This document shows positions 47,401 to 57,934 of a DNA stretch of 64,000 bases, in pieces. The first letter of the stretch is position 1; every line of letters begins with the position of its first letter. A model generated the notes under the pieces. The model had not been told where the DNA came from. It was given only the letters and a program-made list of their open reading frames with translations, and searched no databases. The DNA comes from Chitinophagales bacterium (GTDB taxonomy: Bacteria > Bacteroidota > Bacteroidia > Chitinophagales > LD1). Made by a program: the position numbers and the translations under genes. Where the stretch lies: NCBI GenBank assembly GCA_044226285.1, contig JBGAHI010000008.1, forward strand, positions 145,140-209,139, read 5' to 3'.

Positions 47401-48621
47401 ATGTCATTAAAAACTGTAGACACCATTAATTTTGCCGGAAAACGTGCGCTAATCCGCGTAGACTTTAACGTTCCGCTCGATAAACAATACAACGTAACTG
47501 ACGATACGCGTATTCGTTCAGCCATTCCTACCATTAAAAAAATATTATCCGATGGAGGTTCGGTTGTTTTAATGAGCCATTTAGGTCGTCCGCTAAAGAA
47601 ATTAAACGAAGACGGAACAGTAAACTTCGAGAAACATTCTTTAAAGCACACGATTTCGACTTTAGAAGGCTTTTTAGGTGTAAACGTTCAGTTTGCCACA
47701 GATTGTGCCAACGAAGAAGCATTTGCGCTTTCTGCTCATTTAAAAGCAGGCGAAGTACTATTGCTTGAAAACCTCCGTTTCTATAAAGAAGAAGAAAAAG
47801 GAGATGCTGCTTTTGCCGAAAAACTATCAAAACACGGAGATATCTATGTGAATGATGCCTTTGGAACTGCCCATAGAGCACATGCTTCAACAACAATTGT
47901 AGCGAACTATTTTACGGATGATAAAAAAGTGTTCGGTTACTTAATGGCTGCAGAGGTAGCGAATGCCGATAAAGTATATAACAAAGCAGAAAAGCCATTT
48001 ACCGCTATTATTGGAGGTGCGAAAGTATCCGATAAAATTTTGATCCTAGAAAACTTGTTAGATAAAGCCGATAATATTCTCATTGGAGGAGGAATGGCGT
48101 ATACCTTTTTGAAGGCACTTGGTAAAAAAATTGGCAACTCGCTCTGCGAGGAAGATAAATTGGAATTGGCGTTAACTATCTTAGAGAAGGCCAAAGCCAA
48201 AGGGGTAAAGATTTATTTGCCTATAGACCATGTGTTGGCCGATAAATTTGATGCAAATGCAAATACACAAACGGTAAGTGTTGACGACACACCGGATAGC
48301 TGGATGGGGCTTGATATTGCCGAAAAAACGATTGAACAATATAGTGCCGTTATCACAGCATCTAAAACAATTCTTTGGAACGGGCCAATGGGTGTTTTCG
48401 AAATGGAAAAATTTCAGAAAGGCACAGTAGCTGTGGCCAATGCTGTGGCTGCAGCTACCGGAAATGGGGCATTCTCGCTTGTTGGAGGAGGCGATTCTGT
48501 AGCAGCGGTGAACCAATTCGGCTTGGCCGACAAAGTAAGTTATGTATCGACAGGTGGAGGTGCATTACTCGAAATTTTCGAAGGCAAAACATTGCCTGGT
48601 GTTAAAGCAATTACCGGCTGA
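47401..48621 (+). CDS. pgk: Phosphoglycerate kinase
   Basis: 406 aa. Motifs [25 protein letters not shown] and GGGDS. Confidence 0.95.
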   Translation: MSLKTVDTINFAGKRALIRVDFNVPLDKQYNVTDDTRIRSAIPTIKKILSDGGSVVLMSHLGRPLKKLNEDGTVNFEKHSLKHTISTLEGFLGVNVQFATDCANEEAFALSAHLKAGEVLLLENLRFYKEEEKGDAAFAEKLSKHGDIYVNDAFGTAHRAHASTTIVANYFTDDKKVFGYLMAAEVANADKVYNKAEKPFTAIIGGAKVSDKILILENLLDKADNILIGGGMAYTFLKALGKKIGNSLCEEDKLELALTILEKAKAKGVKIYLPIDHVLADKFDANANTQTVSVDDTPDSWMGLDIAEKTIEQYSAVITASKTILWNGPMGVFEMEKFQKGTVAVANAVAAATGNGAFSLVGGGDSVAAVNQFGLADKVSYVSTGGGALLEIFEGKTLPGVKAITG

Positions 48622-48690
48622 TTGGAAACGATTCAAAAATCGTTTCGCTTCAACGAAAACAATATATTTGATAAACTAACAACCAAACGC

Positions 48691-50148
48691 ATGAATAAAC
48701 GAATACTCGTCCTTGCATTTTTTGCGCTACTCACCAGCAGAATTACCTTTGCCCAAAACGGCACGTACCCATGGATGGTAGCTTATGGCTTAAGTGGAGC
48801 CCAACTCACCATCGGTGACGATAAATTTTACAAAGAATATTTCAGAGCAAAAAACTGGAGCATTGTTCCGAGCTTGCACTTCAAAGCTAGTCGTCACGTA
48901 GGTTATGGATTTTCTCCTCAAGCTACGCTATCTGTAGGATATGCAGAAAGACGTCCGCAAATCGACAATAAAGGTGGAGCCTTTGTTGACTTCGATTTAA
49001 ACATAAAATACAGTTTTGCAAACGGCTATATTTTGAAAGAAAAATGCTTCTTTGATCCATACATTGTGATTGGAGGTGGTGTGAATTACGTTTTAGGCAA
49101 AGTGGGTGGTGACGTGGATTTGGGATTAGGAACAAACATTTGGATTTTCAAAAATTTCGGGGTGTTCATTCAAGCATCCTACAATTATGTGCCGCATAAA
49201 TTTGATGCTGTTAACCCACAAGATTTCAGAGGATATATGCACCATACCATGGGCTTTGTTACACGCTTTGGCCAAGGTAAAGACCGCGATAAAGATGGTG
49301 TTGCCGATATTGACGATAAATGCCCTGATGTACCGGGATTGAAAGAACTGAATGGTTGTCCGGATACTGATGGTGATGGAATTACAGATGCAATTGACCT
49401 TTGTCCTTTAGTTCCAGGCCTCGCAGCATTTGCCGGTTGCCCGGACTCAGATGGTGATGGCATCATCGACAGCCAAGATAAATGTCCGAACGAAGCAGGA
49501 ACAAAAGAATTGAAAGGTTGTCCTGATAAAGACGGAGACAGTGTTGCCGATAAAGATGATTTATGCCCTACCGTTAAAGGAGTCCCTTCATTGAGAGGCT
49601 GCCCTGATAGTGATGGCGATGGTTTAGCGGATAAAGATGATAAATGCCCGAATGAAAAAGGACCAATGGTGAGCAATGGATGCCCTGATTCGGATGGTGA
49701 CGGCATTTCAGATAATGAAGATAAGTGTCCAACTGTTCCGGGTGTTGTAGCTAACAATGGCTGCCCTACCACTGACTTAGCACCGGAAGTAAAAACCGAG
49801 GTACAAAACAAATTGAACTTCGCAGCTAAAAACATTGAGTTCGAAACAGGAAGCGACAGAATCAGAACAACATCGTTTAAAGATTTGGATAATGTTGTGG
49901 CTATAATGAATCAGTACAAAGACTTAAAAGTAAATATTGACGGCCATACGGATAACATAGGTAAAGAATCGGCAAACGTGGACTTATCAATGCGCAGAGC
50001 TATTGCCGTGAACGACTATTTGGTGAAAAAAGGAATCAATCAAAACCGCTTGGCCGCTTCAGGTTATGGTCCTAGCAAACCGATTGCAACAAACAACACG
50101 GCTGAAGGCAGACAGAAAAACAGACGGGTAGAATTGAACATTAAGTAA
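48691..50148 (+). CDS. OmpA-family outer-membrane protein with seven thrombospondin type 3-like Ca-binding repeats
   Basis: I chose ATG 48691 (MNKRILVLAFFALL...AQ). The N-terminal region is barrel-like. Seven D.D.DG..D..D.CP repeats follow. The C-terminal OmpA domain is DGHTDNIG...RRVEL. Confidence 0.8.
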   Translation: MNKRILVLAFFALLTSRITFAQNGTYPWMVAYGLSGAQLTIGDDKFYKEYFRAKNWSIVPSLHFKASRHVGYGFSPQATLSVGYAERRPQIDNKGGAFVDFDLNIKYSFANGYILKEKCFFDPYIVIGGGVNYVLGKVGGDVDLGLGTNIWIFKNFGVFIQASYNYVPHKFDAVNPQDFRGYMHHTMGFVTRFGQGKDRDKDGVADIDDKCPDVPGLKELNGCPDTDGDGITDAIDLCPLVPGLAAFAGCPDSDGDGIIDSQDKCPNEAGTKELKGCPDKDGDSVADKDDLCPTVKGVPSLRGCPDSDGDGLADKDDKCPNEKGPMVSNGCPDSDGDGISDNEDKCPTVPGVVANNGCPTTDLAPEVKTEVQNKLNFAAKNIEFETGSDRIRTTSFKDLDNVVAIMNQYKDLKVNIDGHTDNIGKESANVDLSMRRAIAVNDYLVKKGINQNRLAASGYGPSKPIATNNTAEGRQKNRRVELNIK

Positions 50149-50176
50149 ACATTATCAATAATTTACATTCGTTTGA

Positions 50177-50210
50177 AAAGCCATCGAAATTCGGTGGCTT
50201 TTCTGTTTTT
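50177..50210 (+). terminator. Rho-independent terminator
   Basis: AAAGCCATCG-AAATT-CGGTGGCTTT followed by TCTGTTTTT. Confidence 0.6.
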
Positions 50211-50246
50211 GGTACATAAGTTGCTAAGTAAATGGAAAATTAAAAA

Positions 50247-51062
50247 ATGGAAACATCGCAAATCGAATCTATGATTCACAACTACACTTCTACCCTACTT
50301 AATTTTATTCCAAGTCTTGTTGGAGCCATTGTTGTGCTTATCATCGGACTATGGATAATTAAACAATTAGAAAAAGGAATTACGAAATACTTCGAACGTA
50401 AAGATTTTGATGTATCGCTTGAAACTTTCCTTCGAAGTTTAACGACAACCGGACTGAAACTCTTTCTTATCGTTTCTGTTGCAGGCATGGTAGGCTTCCC
50501 CACCTCATCGTTATTCGCCATTTTAGGTGCAGCAGGATTAGCCGTTGGTTTGGCGTTGCAGGGCTCGCTTTCTAACTTCGCAGGCGGAGTGTTAGTGCTA
50601 ATTTTCAAACCTTATAAAGTTGGAGATTTAGTTACTTTGATGGATAAATTTGGTGAAGTACGCGAAATTCAAATATTCAATACCATTATTGTTACACCTG
50701 ATAACAAAACTGTGATTCTACCGAATGGTGCTGTATCTAACGGAGTAATTGTTAACCACAGTAAACAAGGTCGATTGTTAGTAGACTTAAGAGTGAAGGT
50801 GGATTTTGGAGCAGATGTAGACAAAGTGAAACGCATTATTTTGGAAACGTTGAATGCTGATCCAAAAGTATTGAAAGACCCGGCTGCTACCGTTAATGTA
50901 TTTGATTATGCTGAAGGGGCTGTGGTGTTATGTGTTCGTCCACAAGCTACCGTTGCGAACTATTGGGATGTATATTTCAACTCTTTAGAAAACATTCAAA
51001 AAGCGCTTAACGCGAATGGCATTGAAGGTCCACGTGTGGTAAGACATATTCTTGATAAATAA
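50247..51062 (+). CDS. Small-conductance mechanosensitive channel (MscS family)
   Basis: 271 aa. Three TM followed by KPYKVGDLV...GEVREIQIFNTIIVTPDNKTVILPNG. Confidence 0.85.
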   Translation: METSQIESMIHNYTSTLLNFIPSLVGAIVVLIIGLWIIKQLEKGITKYFERKDFDVSLETFLRSLTTTGLKLFLIVSVAGMVGFPTSSLFAILGAAGLAVGLALQGSLSNFAGGVLVLIFKPYKVGDLVTLMDKFGEVREIQIFNTIIVTPDNKTVILPNGAVSNGVIVNHSKQGRLLVDLRVKVDFGADVDKVKRIILETLNADPKVLKDPAATVNVFDYAEGAVVLCVRPQATVANYWDVYFNSLENIQKALNANGIEGPRVVRHILDK

Positions 51063-51084
51063 AAGCTTAAAACGATTACAATAA

Positions 51085-51117
51085 AAAGAGCTGCCTTTGG
51101 GTAGCTCTTTTTGTTTT
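51085..51117 (+). terminator. Rho-independent terminator
   Basis: AAAGAGCTGCC-TTTG-GGTAGCTCTTT followed by TTGTTTT. Confidence 0.6.
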
Positions 51118-51162
51118 ACCTGTACTATTTCTGTTTCCGAAATCAATTCCTAATTTCAACCC

Positions 51163-52104
51163 ATGTTACATTACAAAGCCGACATACGAACGCTGGTTGC
51201 AGTTGCCCTTTATTTTGTTGCGGCCATTACGCCATGGGTTTATTGGAATACACTCACCACTTGGCAAATTGTGCCTTTGGTATTGGTGAATTGTTACCTA
51301 TCATTTACTTGTGCAGTTATCATTCACAACACTATTCATAAACCCATTTTTAAAGCACGATTCATGAACAGAATTATGCAAATTGTATTGGGTTTCACCT
51401 ACGGACATTCAACAAGCGCCTATGTTCCGGGGCATAATTTCAGTCATCATAAATATACGCAACTCCCGAAAGATGCTATCCGCACCACCAAATTGCGCTA
51501 TAAATTCAACATCCTAAATCAATTGCTATTTTTCCCTACCCTTTCGGGCGATATTTTGAAAGGTGAACTTCGTTTTGCGAACAAAATGAGGAAAGATAAT
51601 CCGGCTTGGTTTCATCAATACTTATTGGAAATTGTTTTGGTGTTGGGCGTGAAAATTATTTGCATTATTATTAATTGGAAATGTGCTTTGCTGTTCATGG
51701 TTATTCCGCATTACTTTGCAGCATGGGGCATTGTGGGCACCAACTATTTTCAGCACGATGGCTGCGATGAAAAACATCCATACAATCATACACGTAATTT
51801 TACGAGTCCGTTTTTGAATTTTTTCCTCTTTAACAACGGCTTCCACACCGCTCACCACGATAGGCCATCGCTCCATTGGTCGTTGTTGCCGGCTTATCAT
51901 GAAAAAGAAGTAAAGCCATTTATTCACCCCAATTTGAATCGGGAATCGCTATTGCCATACCTTTGGGAAACACATATATACCCCGGTAAACGTTTAGACT
52001 ATTTGGGAAATCCGATAGTATTGCCGCCTGTAGATGCCGAAGAGGATTGGGTAGGCAACATAAAGTACAAAGAACACGAAGCCGACATGGCCGGTGTGGT
52101 TTAA
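51163..52104 (+). CDS. Membrane fatty acid desaturase family protein
   Basis: 313 aa. The three His boxes are HNTIH, HNFSHH and HTAHH. Confidence 0.8.
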   Translation: MLHYKADIRTLVAVALYFVAAITPWVYWNTLTTWQIVPLVLVNCYLSFTCAVIIHNTIHKPIFKARFMNRIMQIVLGFTYGHSTSAYVPGHNFSHHKYTQLPKDAIRTTKLRYKFNILNQLLFFPTLSGDILKGELRFANKMRKDNPAWFHQYLLEIVLVLGVKIICIIINWKCALLFMVIPHYFAAWGIVGTNYFQHDGCDEKHPYNHTRNFTSPFLNFFLFNNGFHTAHHDRPSLHWSLLPAYHEKEVKPFIHPNLNRESLLPYLWETHIYPGKRLDYLGNPIVLPPVDAEEDWVGNIKYKEHEADMAGVV

Positions 52105-52186
52105 AAGCATAGCATCCAACCCAATAGGTCTTTTTTCTGTCTATTTTAATACAAGTTTCCTGCAGTATTATTAACTTAGATGTCCA

Positions 52187-55100
52187 TTGAGAAAAGCTCA
52201 CTCCATATTCTTAGCACTTCTGCTCTTTACCACGCAACTTTTTGCGCAAGACGATGTGATGCTCTTTGCCGAAAACAAAGGACAATGGAACAGCAATGTC
52301 AAGTACTGTGCCGACTTAAATATGGGCAAAGTCTATCTCGAAAGCAATAAAATTGATTTCCTGATTCACGATTTCGACCATTTCAAACATGCACACGATG
52401 TGAATGATAAGAAGGATCTGGTGAATTGTCATTTTTTTAAGATTGCATTCACAGGAGCCAATGCCAATAGCATTGTTCCAGAAAACAAAGTAGCCCCTTA
52501 TCGTAATTACTTCATTGGAAACGACCCAAAACATTGGGCTTCGAATGTTGGATTGTTTCAAAAATCTACCTTCAAGCAATTATATCCGGGTATCGATTTA
52601 GCAGTTACTGGCGATGGAAGCGGCATGAAATATGAGTTTCAAGTAAAAGCCGGAGCCGATCCTTCACGCATTCTTCAAACCTATGAAGGCATTGAAAAAA
52701 TAACTGTCGAAAAAAACGAAGTCCATTATCATACTGCGATTACAGAAATCATTGAAAAAGATTTGCAAGCCTATCAAATCATAAACGGCTCCAAGCTTTT
52801 GGTGAAATGCCGATTTAAGAAAGTGGGTGCAAATGCTGTGGCATACGAATTTCCAAACGGATATAACACACAATATGATTTGGTAATCGACCCTACTATT
52901 ATTTTTGGAACATATACCGGCTCAACAGCAGATAATTGGGGCTATACAGCAACATATGACAATACAGGATGTATGTATATTGGAGGCTATGTTAATGCGA
53001 CACCTCCACAAGGAAGTATCACCAATCCTGCTTATCCAACATCTCCCGGAGCTTTTCAAGCAACGTTCGGAGGAGGAACAGGAGGTAACTCAGGAGGGGG
53101 GAATGGAATTGAATTTGCCTGTGATATGGGTATAACGAAATTTTCAGCTGATGGGAAAACCTTACTTTATTCTACATACATCGGTGGTAGCGATAATGAA
53201 ACGCCCCATTCGTTAGTAGTAGATGCACAAGGCAATTTAATTATATACGGTGTAGCGTATTCCGCAAATTATCCTATATCTTCAAATGCGTACGACAAAA
53301 CATGGAATGGGGATGCAGACATTGTTGTTACAAAATTGAACAGCGGAGGAACAGCATTAATTGGTTCAACATACATTGGAGGTTCTATTCGAGACGGCAT
53401 CAACTTCGACCCAACAGAATTTGGATTTGGCAATTTAAAATTTAATTATGGTGATCAAAATCGAGGAGAAGTTAATATTGATGGCGCCAATAATATCTAT
53501 GTAGCAAGTTGTACAAACTCGAGTAACTTTCCGGTTACTCCATCCGCTTATCAGAATGCAAGTGGCGGAGCTCAAGATGGCTGTGCATTCAAACTAAATA
53601 GTGATTGCTCTCAACTACTGTGGTCAACCTATTTAGGTGGTTCAGGCGATGACGCTTGTTATGCGCTGGATATTACTTCAACCGGTGATGTATATGCATG
53701 TGGAGGAACTATGAGTTCCAACTTTCCAATTACCGGTGGAACAATTCATACCTTTTATCAAGGCGGACAATTTGATGGCTTTATAGCAAGAATTGGAAAC
53801 AACGGAACACAATTAGTGAACTCAACCTATATAGGAACAAGCGGGCACGACCAAGTTTACTTTGTAAAAGTAGATGGTGAAGGCAATGTATATTTTGTGG
53901 GTCAAACTACCGGTTCCTATCCGGTGCAGAGCGCGCTCTATTCCAATCCTAATAGTGGTCAATTTGTTTCAAAACTCAAAGGCTCACTTGATAGTATTTA
54001 CTATTCAACTGTTTTTGGAACAGGAAACAGCAGACCCAATATTTCACCAACTGCATTTCTTGTAGATACTTGTAAGAATATATACGTTACCGGTTGGGGT
54101 GCTCTTTCAGGTACCTTTGGAAATTTCAGCACTGTAATGGCAGGATTGCCGCTTACAAACGATGCACAACAAAAGACTACAGATGGTACCGATTTCTACA
54201 ATATTGTTTTAGGAAAAGATGCTTCCAGTTTACTGTATGCATCTTACTTTGGAGGAAATGGAGGAATTGAACATGTTGATGGGGGCACTAACCGCTTTGA
54301 CTCAAGAGGCATTATCTATGAAGCCATTTGTGCGGGCTGTGGGCAGAACTCTCTTACTCCTTCTACACCGGGAGTATGGTCGCCAACCAATCAAAGCTTT
54401 AACTGTAACCTTTTTGGATTGAAAATGGAATTCAATTTAGGTAGAACAGAAGTAAAAATCAATGCCTCTCCACGGGCTACAGGTTGTGTCCCACTTACCG
54501 TTCAGTTCAATAGTGTACTCTATAATGTTGCCAATGTAACTTGGGATTTTCGAGATGGAAGCCCAACAACAAATTTCCCAAATCCAGTACATACTTTTAC
54601 TGATACGGGACATTATAATGTGATGCTCATTGGACAAGATCCAAAGTCTTGTAATCTTTTAGATACAGCCTATGTTGATGTTTGGGTTAGGGATGATAGT
54701 TTAGTGGCCAATTATTTGCCGTTTGCTACAATAGATTGCTACAATAAAAACCTCAACATCTCAAGCTTCAGTTATGCTACAACAAGCTATAACTGGGATT
54801 TTGGGGATGGAACACAGGCGACCACTTCATCCGTAAATCACAACTATCTGAATTCCGGCTCCTATAATGTAAGCCTCATCCTGAGTGATACTTCGAAGTG
54901 TAATTTGAAAGACACGTTTAATACACGCATCGTTATTCCACCTCTTGTTGATTTGAAAATAGTGCCTAACGATACCCTGGGTTGTGTGCCACTAACAGTG
55001 CAATTCAACAATCTTACGTCTTACACAGCAGGAGACTACAAATGGTACTTTGGTGATGGCGATAGTTCGTCACTTCCACAACCAACGCATACCTTCTTAA

Positions 55101-56707
55101 GTAAAGGTACATACCCTGTTGTTGTTTATTGGAACGATACAAACACCTGCAACAAGCACGATACAGCCTATTTCACGGTTGTAGCTATCGATTCCTCTGC
55201 TGATGCATCTTTTACTTTACAACGTCAATTTTATGGTTGCGACTCTGTGAAAATCACTGTGTTTTCGGCATATACGGGTGAAGACAATGAATTCTGGGAT
55301 TTTGGCGATGGCTTTACAACTACCGCGAATCCTGCCACACACACCTATATTGCTCCTGCTTTTGACACCTTACGCCATTTCCTTTATGATGCAAAAATGA
55401 TTTGCAAACCCATAGATACCGATTATGTTATCATCAGTTTAAGTCCACTCGCTACAGACTATTCTATTCCTGACACGCTTGGTTGTATGCCTTTTACTGC
55501 TGATTTCACAGGCGTTTCAGACTTACCTACGACTAAATATTTCTGGTTTTTTGGTGATGGAGATTCGAGTAGCGGAGGACATGTTCAGCATACGTATCCG
55601 CAGAAAGGAACATATACCGTTCTCCAAGTAGCTATCGATTCCAACTCTTGTGTTAACATCGATTCAAATTATGCGACCATTGTTGTTATTGACGATTCTG
55701 TAAACGCTATTTTTTCGGTAAACACGCTGAATGCTTGCGATTCAGACCTTCACATTCAAATCGTAGATCAAAGTATTAATGCTGTAACTTACTATTGGCA
55801 ATTTGGCGATGGCGACACCTCTCATTTGCCTAACCCCGATCACCATTATTACTTGCCGGGTACATATCCAATTACTTTAATTGTTACGGATACTTCTCGT
55901 TGTCATCCTATTGATTCCATTACCCATTATGTAACACTGAAACCCAATGCTGTAGCCCAATTTGAATTGATGAATGTGTGTGATGGATATCCAGTTATAT
56001 TTTCGAATGGCTCGATTGTAAATCCTGAATCAGTTTGGGATTTTGGCGATGGCCAGACATCTGTGTTGAAAAATCCTACACACACCTATACAACCTCCGG
56101 TGATTACAATGTAACACTCTTTATTAAAGATACTTCCAGTTGCAATGTGTATGATACAATCCAAAAAACAGTAACCGTGTATGCCACTCCGATAGCAAAA
56201 TTCTATTTGGAAAAAGATACGTATAAGTTCGAAACGCCTGTGCTGTTTACCAATCAGAGCACGAATGCAGATCAATTTCATTGGACGTTTGGGGATGGGG
56301 ATACTTCGTCTGAATATTCTCCAACACATTACTACGACCATACCTTTGGTTGGCATCAGGCCTGTTTACTAGCCTATTATGAAGGCGCTCCTTGTCAAGA
56401 TACGGTTTGCGACAGCCTCTACATTTTATTCACTCCCCTCATAGGAGTACCCAATGCATTCACACCAAACGGAGATGGCATTAACGATTTTGTGCGTGTG
56501 GAAGGCAAGGGAATCATTGAATTAGAATTTAGAATTTTTAATCGTTGGGGGTTGGAAGTATATTACGGCACTGACCCTAAGAAAGGCTGGGATGGAACAT
56601 ATAAAGGAGTTCCGCAAGAAATGGAAGTGTATACCTATTTGGTAATTGCTCGATTTATTAATAAAGAACCGGTGCAATTGAAAGGGAATATTACTTTGCT
56701 GCGATAA
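52187..56707 (+). CDS. Giant secreted adhesin-like protein: SBBP beta-propeller repeats, eight PKD domains, T9SS type B (gliding-motility-associated) C-terminal domain
   Basis: 1506 aa, TTG start, signal peptide ...LFAQDD. The SBBP-like pattern (GGS..D....L..D..GN.Y..G.T.S.NFP) recurs. Eight W.FGDG PKD cores lie at ~54440-56400. The C-terminal domain PNAFTPNGDGINDF...FNRWG...GWDGTYKG lies at ~56440-56704. Confidence 0.8.
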   Translation: MRKAHSIFLALLLFTTQLFAQDDVMLFAENKGQWNSNVKYCADLNMGKVYLESNKIDFLIHDFDHFKHAHDVNDKKDLVNCHFFKIAFTGANANSIVPENKVAPYRNYFIGNDPKHWASNVGLFQKSTFKQLYPGIDLAVTGDGSGMKYEFQVKAGADPSRILQTYEGIEKITVEKNEVHYHTAITEIIEKDLQAYQIINGSKLLVKCRFKKVGANAVAYEFPNGYNTQYDLVIDPTIIFGTYTGSTADNWGYTATYDNTGCMYIGGYVNATPPQGSITNPAYPTSPGAFQATFGGGTGGNSGGGNGIEFACDMGITKFSADGKTLLYSTYIGGSDNETPHSLVVDAQGNLIIYGVAYSANYPISSNAYDKTWNGDADIVVTKLNSGGTALIGSTYIGGSIRDGINFDPTEFGFGNLKFNYGDQNRGEVNIDGANNIYVASCTNSSNFPVTPSAYQNASGGAQDGCAFKLNSDCSQLLWSTYLGGSGDDACYALDITSTGDVYACGGTMSSNFPITGGTIHTFYQGGQFDGFIARIGNNGTQLVNSTYIGTSGHDQVYFVKVDGEGNVYFVGQTTGSYPVQSALYSNPNSGQFVSKLKGSLDSIYYSTVFGTGNSRPNISPTAFLVDTCKNIYVTGWGALSGTFGNFSTVMAGLPLTNDAQQKTTDGTDFYNIVLGKDASSLLYASYFGGNGGIEHVDGGTNRFDSRGIIYEAICAGCGQNSLTPSTPGVWSPTNQSFNCNLFGLKMEFNLGRTEVKINASPRATGCVPLTVQFNSVLYNVANVTWDFRDGSPTTNFPNPVHTFTDTGHYNVMLIGQDPKSCNLLDTAYVDVWVRDDSLVANYLPFATIDCYNKNLNISSFSYATTSYNWDFGDGTQATTSSVNHNYLNSGSYNVSLILSDTSKCNLKDTFNTRIVIPPLVDLKIVPNDTLGCVPLTVQFNNLTSYTAGDYKWYFGDGDSSSLPQPTHTFLSKGTYPVVVYWNDTNTCNKHDTAYFTVVAIDSSADASFTLQRQFYGCDSVKITVFSAYTGEDNEFWDFGDGFTTTANPATHTYIAPAFDTLRHFLYDAKMICKPIDTDYVIISLSPLATDYSIPDTLGCMPFTADFTGVSDLPTTKYFWFFGDGDSSSGGHVQHTYPQKGTYTVLQVAIDSNSCVNIDSNYATIVVIDDSVNAIFSVNTLNACDSDLHIQIVDQSINAVTYYWQFGDGDTSHLPNPDHHYYLPGTYPITLIVTDTSRCHPIDSITHYVTLKPNAVAQFELMNVCDGYPVIFSNGSIVNPESVWDFGDGQTSVLKNPTHTYTTSGDYNVTLFIKDTSSCNVYDTIQKTVTVYATPIAKFYLEKDTYKFETPVLFTNQSTNADQFHWTFGDGDTSSEYSPTHYYDHTFGWHQACLLAYYEGAPCQDTVCDSLYILFTPLIGVPNAFTPNGDGINDFVRVEGKGIIELEFRIFNRWGLEVYYGTDPKKGWDGTYKGVPQEMEVYTYLVIARFINKEPVQLKGNITLLR

Positions 56708-56722
56708 TGCAGATGTGATGAT

Positions 56723-57877
56723 TTGAGAATGAACAATAAAGGAGAAAATACAAACAACAATAAAGCATGCATAGAGAACATTGTTCCTAGCTGGAATAAG
56801 TGTATTTGTTTTTTCCGAAATAAAGAAAACCGACCCCTGCAATTTGTTTTAGTATTCTTGCTTTGTACGCTATTACAACTCCCTGAAACTGTTCATTCGC
56901 AAGACATTCACTTTACGCAATTTTTCACTAATCCACTTATTCTTTCGCCTGCTTCCACCGGAAATTTCCAAGGCAATATTAGAGGAGGAGTTAACTATAA
57001 ATACCAATGGCCATGGGCTACAGATCAGCAGGTATTCAACTATCATACACAAAATGCCTATGCAGATATTTCGTTTTTACAAGATCGTGTGAAGCGAGGC
57101 TGGATGGGATTAGGTGTAAACTTTTTGAATGATGAAGCCGGTGACGGACGTTTGCGTTATATGCGCTTTGGGGCCTCTGTAGCTTGGCACCAATCGTTCG
57201 AACGTGAGAATCGTTACATTTTATCGCTGGGTTTTCAAGCCAATTATTTTTCTAAAACGGCCGATTTCGAGAAGTACTACTACAACAACCAATGGGTAGA
57301 AGATGAAGGCTTCAATCGCTCACTCAACAATTTTGAGAACCCGAATCAAACACGCATCACCGGATTCGACATGGGTTTTGGCGTAAACTTCGATGCAAAA
57401 CCTACGAACAACGCGCGTTTGAGCAGCACCTTTGCTATGTTACATTTGAACAAACCAAACGATCAATTTTATAATCGCTCCAATAATCAACTCGGCTATC
57501 GATTCACAGGAAGTTTAAGTGGTGATTTTGATATCAGCAGGTCTACTGTTTTAAAAACAGATGTGTACTACACCTATCAGAAAAAAGCCTGGGAGACTGT
57601 GTTTGGCGCAATGGTGGGTATTAAATCGGGTGAAGCTTATCGTAAAGAAAATAATTCCATTTTTTGGATTGGAAGTTATTTTCGTATGATAGATGCGTGG
57701 TCGCCAATTGTTGGCTACTCCTACAAACAATGTCGATTGTTGATTAATTACGATGTGATTATTTCAAAGCTATCGCGCACAGGAAAATTAAATGGTGGAT
57801 TAGAAATTTCGTTGGTGTTAGTGGCAGGTTGGAAACACAAGCAAAACGAACAAAAATGGGCTTGCCCTAAATTCTAA
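56723..57877 (+). CDS. PorP/SprF-family T9SS outer-membrane protein
   Basis: 384 aa (TTG 56723 or ATG 56729). The family motif QDIHFTQFFTNPLILSPASTG follows the signal peptide. The ~40-aa N-terminal extension is unusual, so the true start is uncertain. Confidence 0.75.
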   Translation: MRMNNKGENTNNNKACIENIVPSWNKCICFFRNKENRPLQFVLVFLLCTLLQLPETVHSQDIHFTQFFTNPLILSPASTGNFQGNIRGGVNYKYQWPWATDQQVFNYHTQNAYADISFLQDRVKRGWMGLGVNFLNDEAGDGRLRYMRFGASVAWHQSFERENRYILSLGFQANYFSKTADFEKYYYNNQWVEDEGFNRSLNNFENPNQTRITGFDMGFGVNFDAKPTNNARLSSTFAMLHLNKPNDQFYNRSNNQLGYRFTGSLSGDFDISRSTVLKTDVYYTYQKKAWETVFGAMVGIKSGEAYRKENNSIFWIGSYFRMIDAWSPIVGYSYKQCRLLINYDVIISKLSRTGKLNGGLEISLVLVAGWKHKQNEQKWACPKF

Positions 57878-57886
57878 CACATAAAA

Positions 57887-57914
57887 AAATCCCACCGCAA
57901 ACGCGATGGGATTT
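57887..57914. terminator. Hairpin between convergent porP/sprF-like and helicase genes
   Basis: AAATCCCA-CCGC-AAAC-GCG-A-TGGGATTT. Confidence 0.5.
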
Positions 57915-57934
57915 ATGCTTTAAATGATTATTGC

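Noticed and set aside
48622-48690. 23-aa N-terminal extension of the OmpA/TSP3 ORF, starting at the base after the pgk stop
   Set aside because: It uses a non-ATG start directly abutting pgk. The ATG at 48691 is followed immediately by a textbook signal peptide (MNKRILVLAFFALLTSRITFAQ).
49185-49835. 216-aa minus-strand ORF
   Set aside because: It lies entirely antisense to the TSP3-repeat region of the OmpA-family gene. Its Ser/Pro/Gly-rich translation is the mirror of GAT/GGT-rich repeats. It has no independent start context or terminator.
54440-56400. Periodic ~250-270-nt repeats; checked as a possible CRISPR or satellite array
   Set aside because: The periodicity comes from eight PKD domains inside one continuous ORF. 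The units are only protein-level similar. There are no short identical direct repeats with unique spacers anywhere in the window, and no cas genes.
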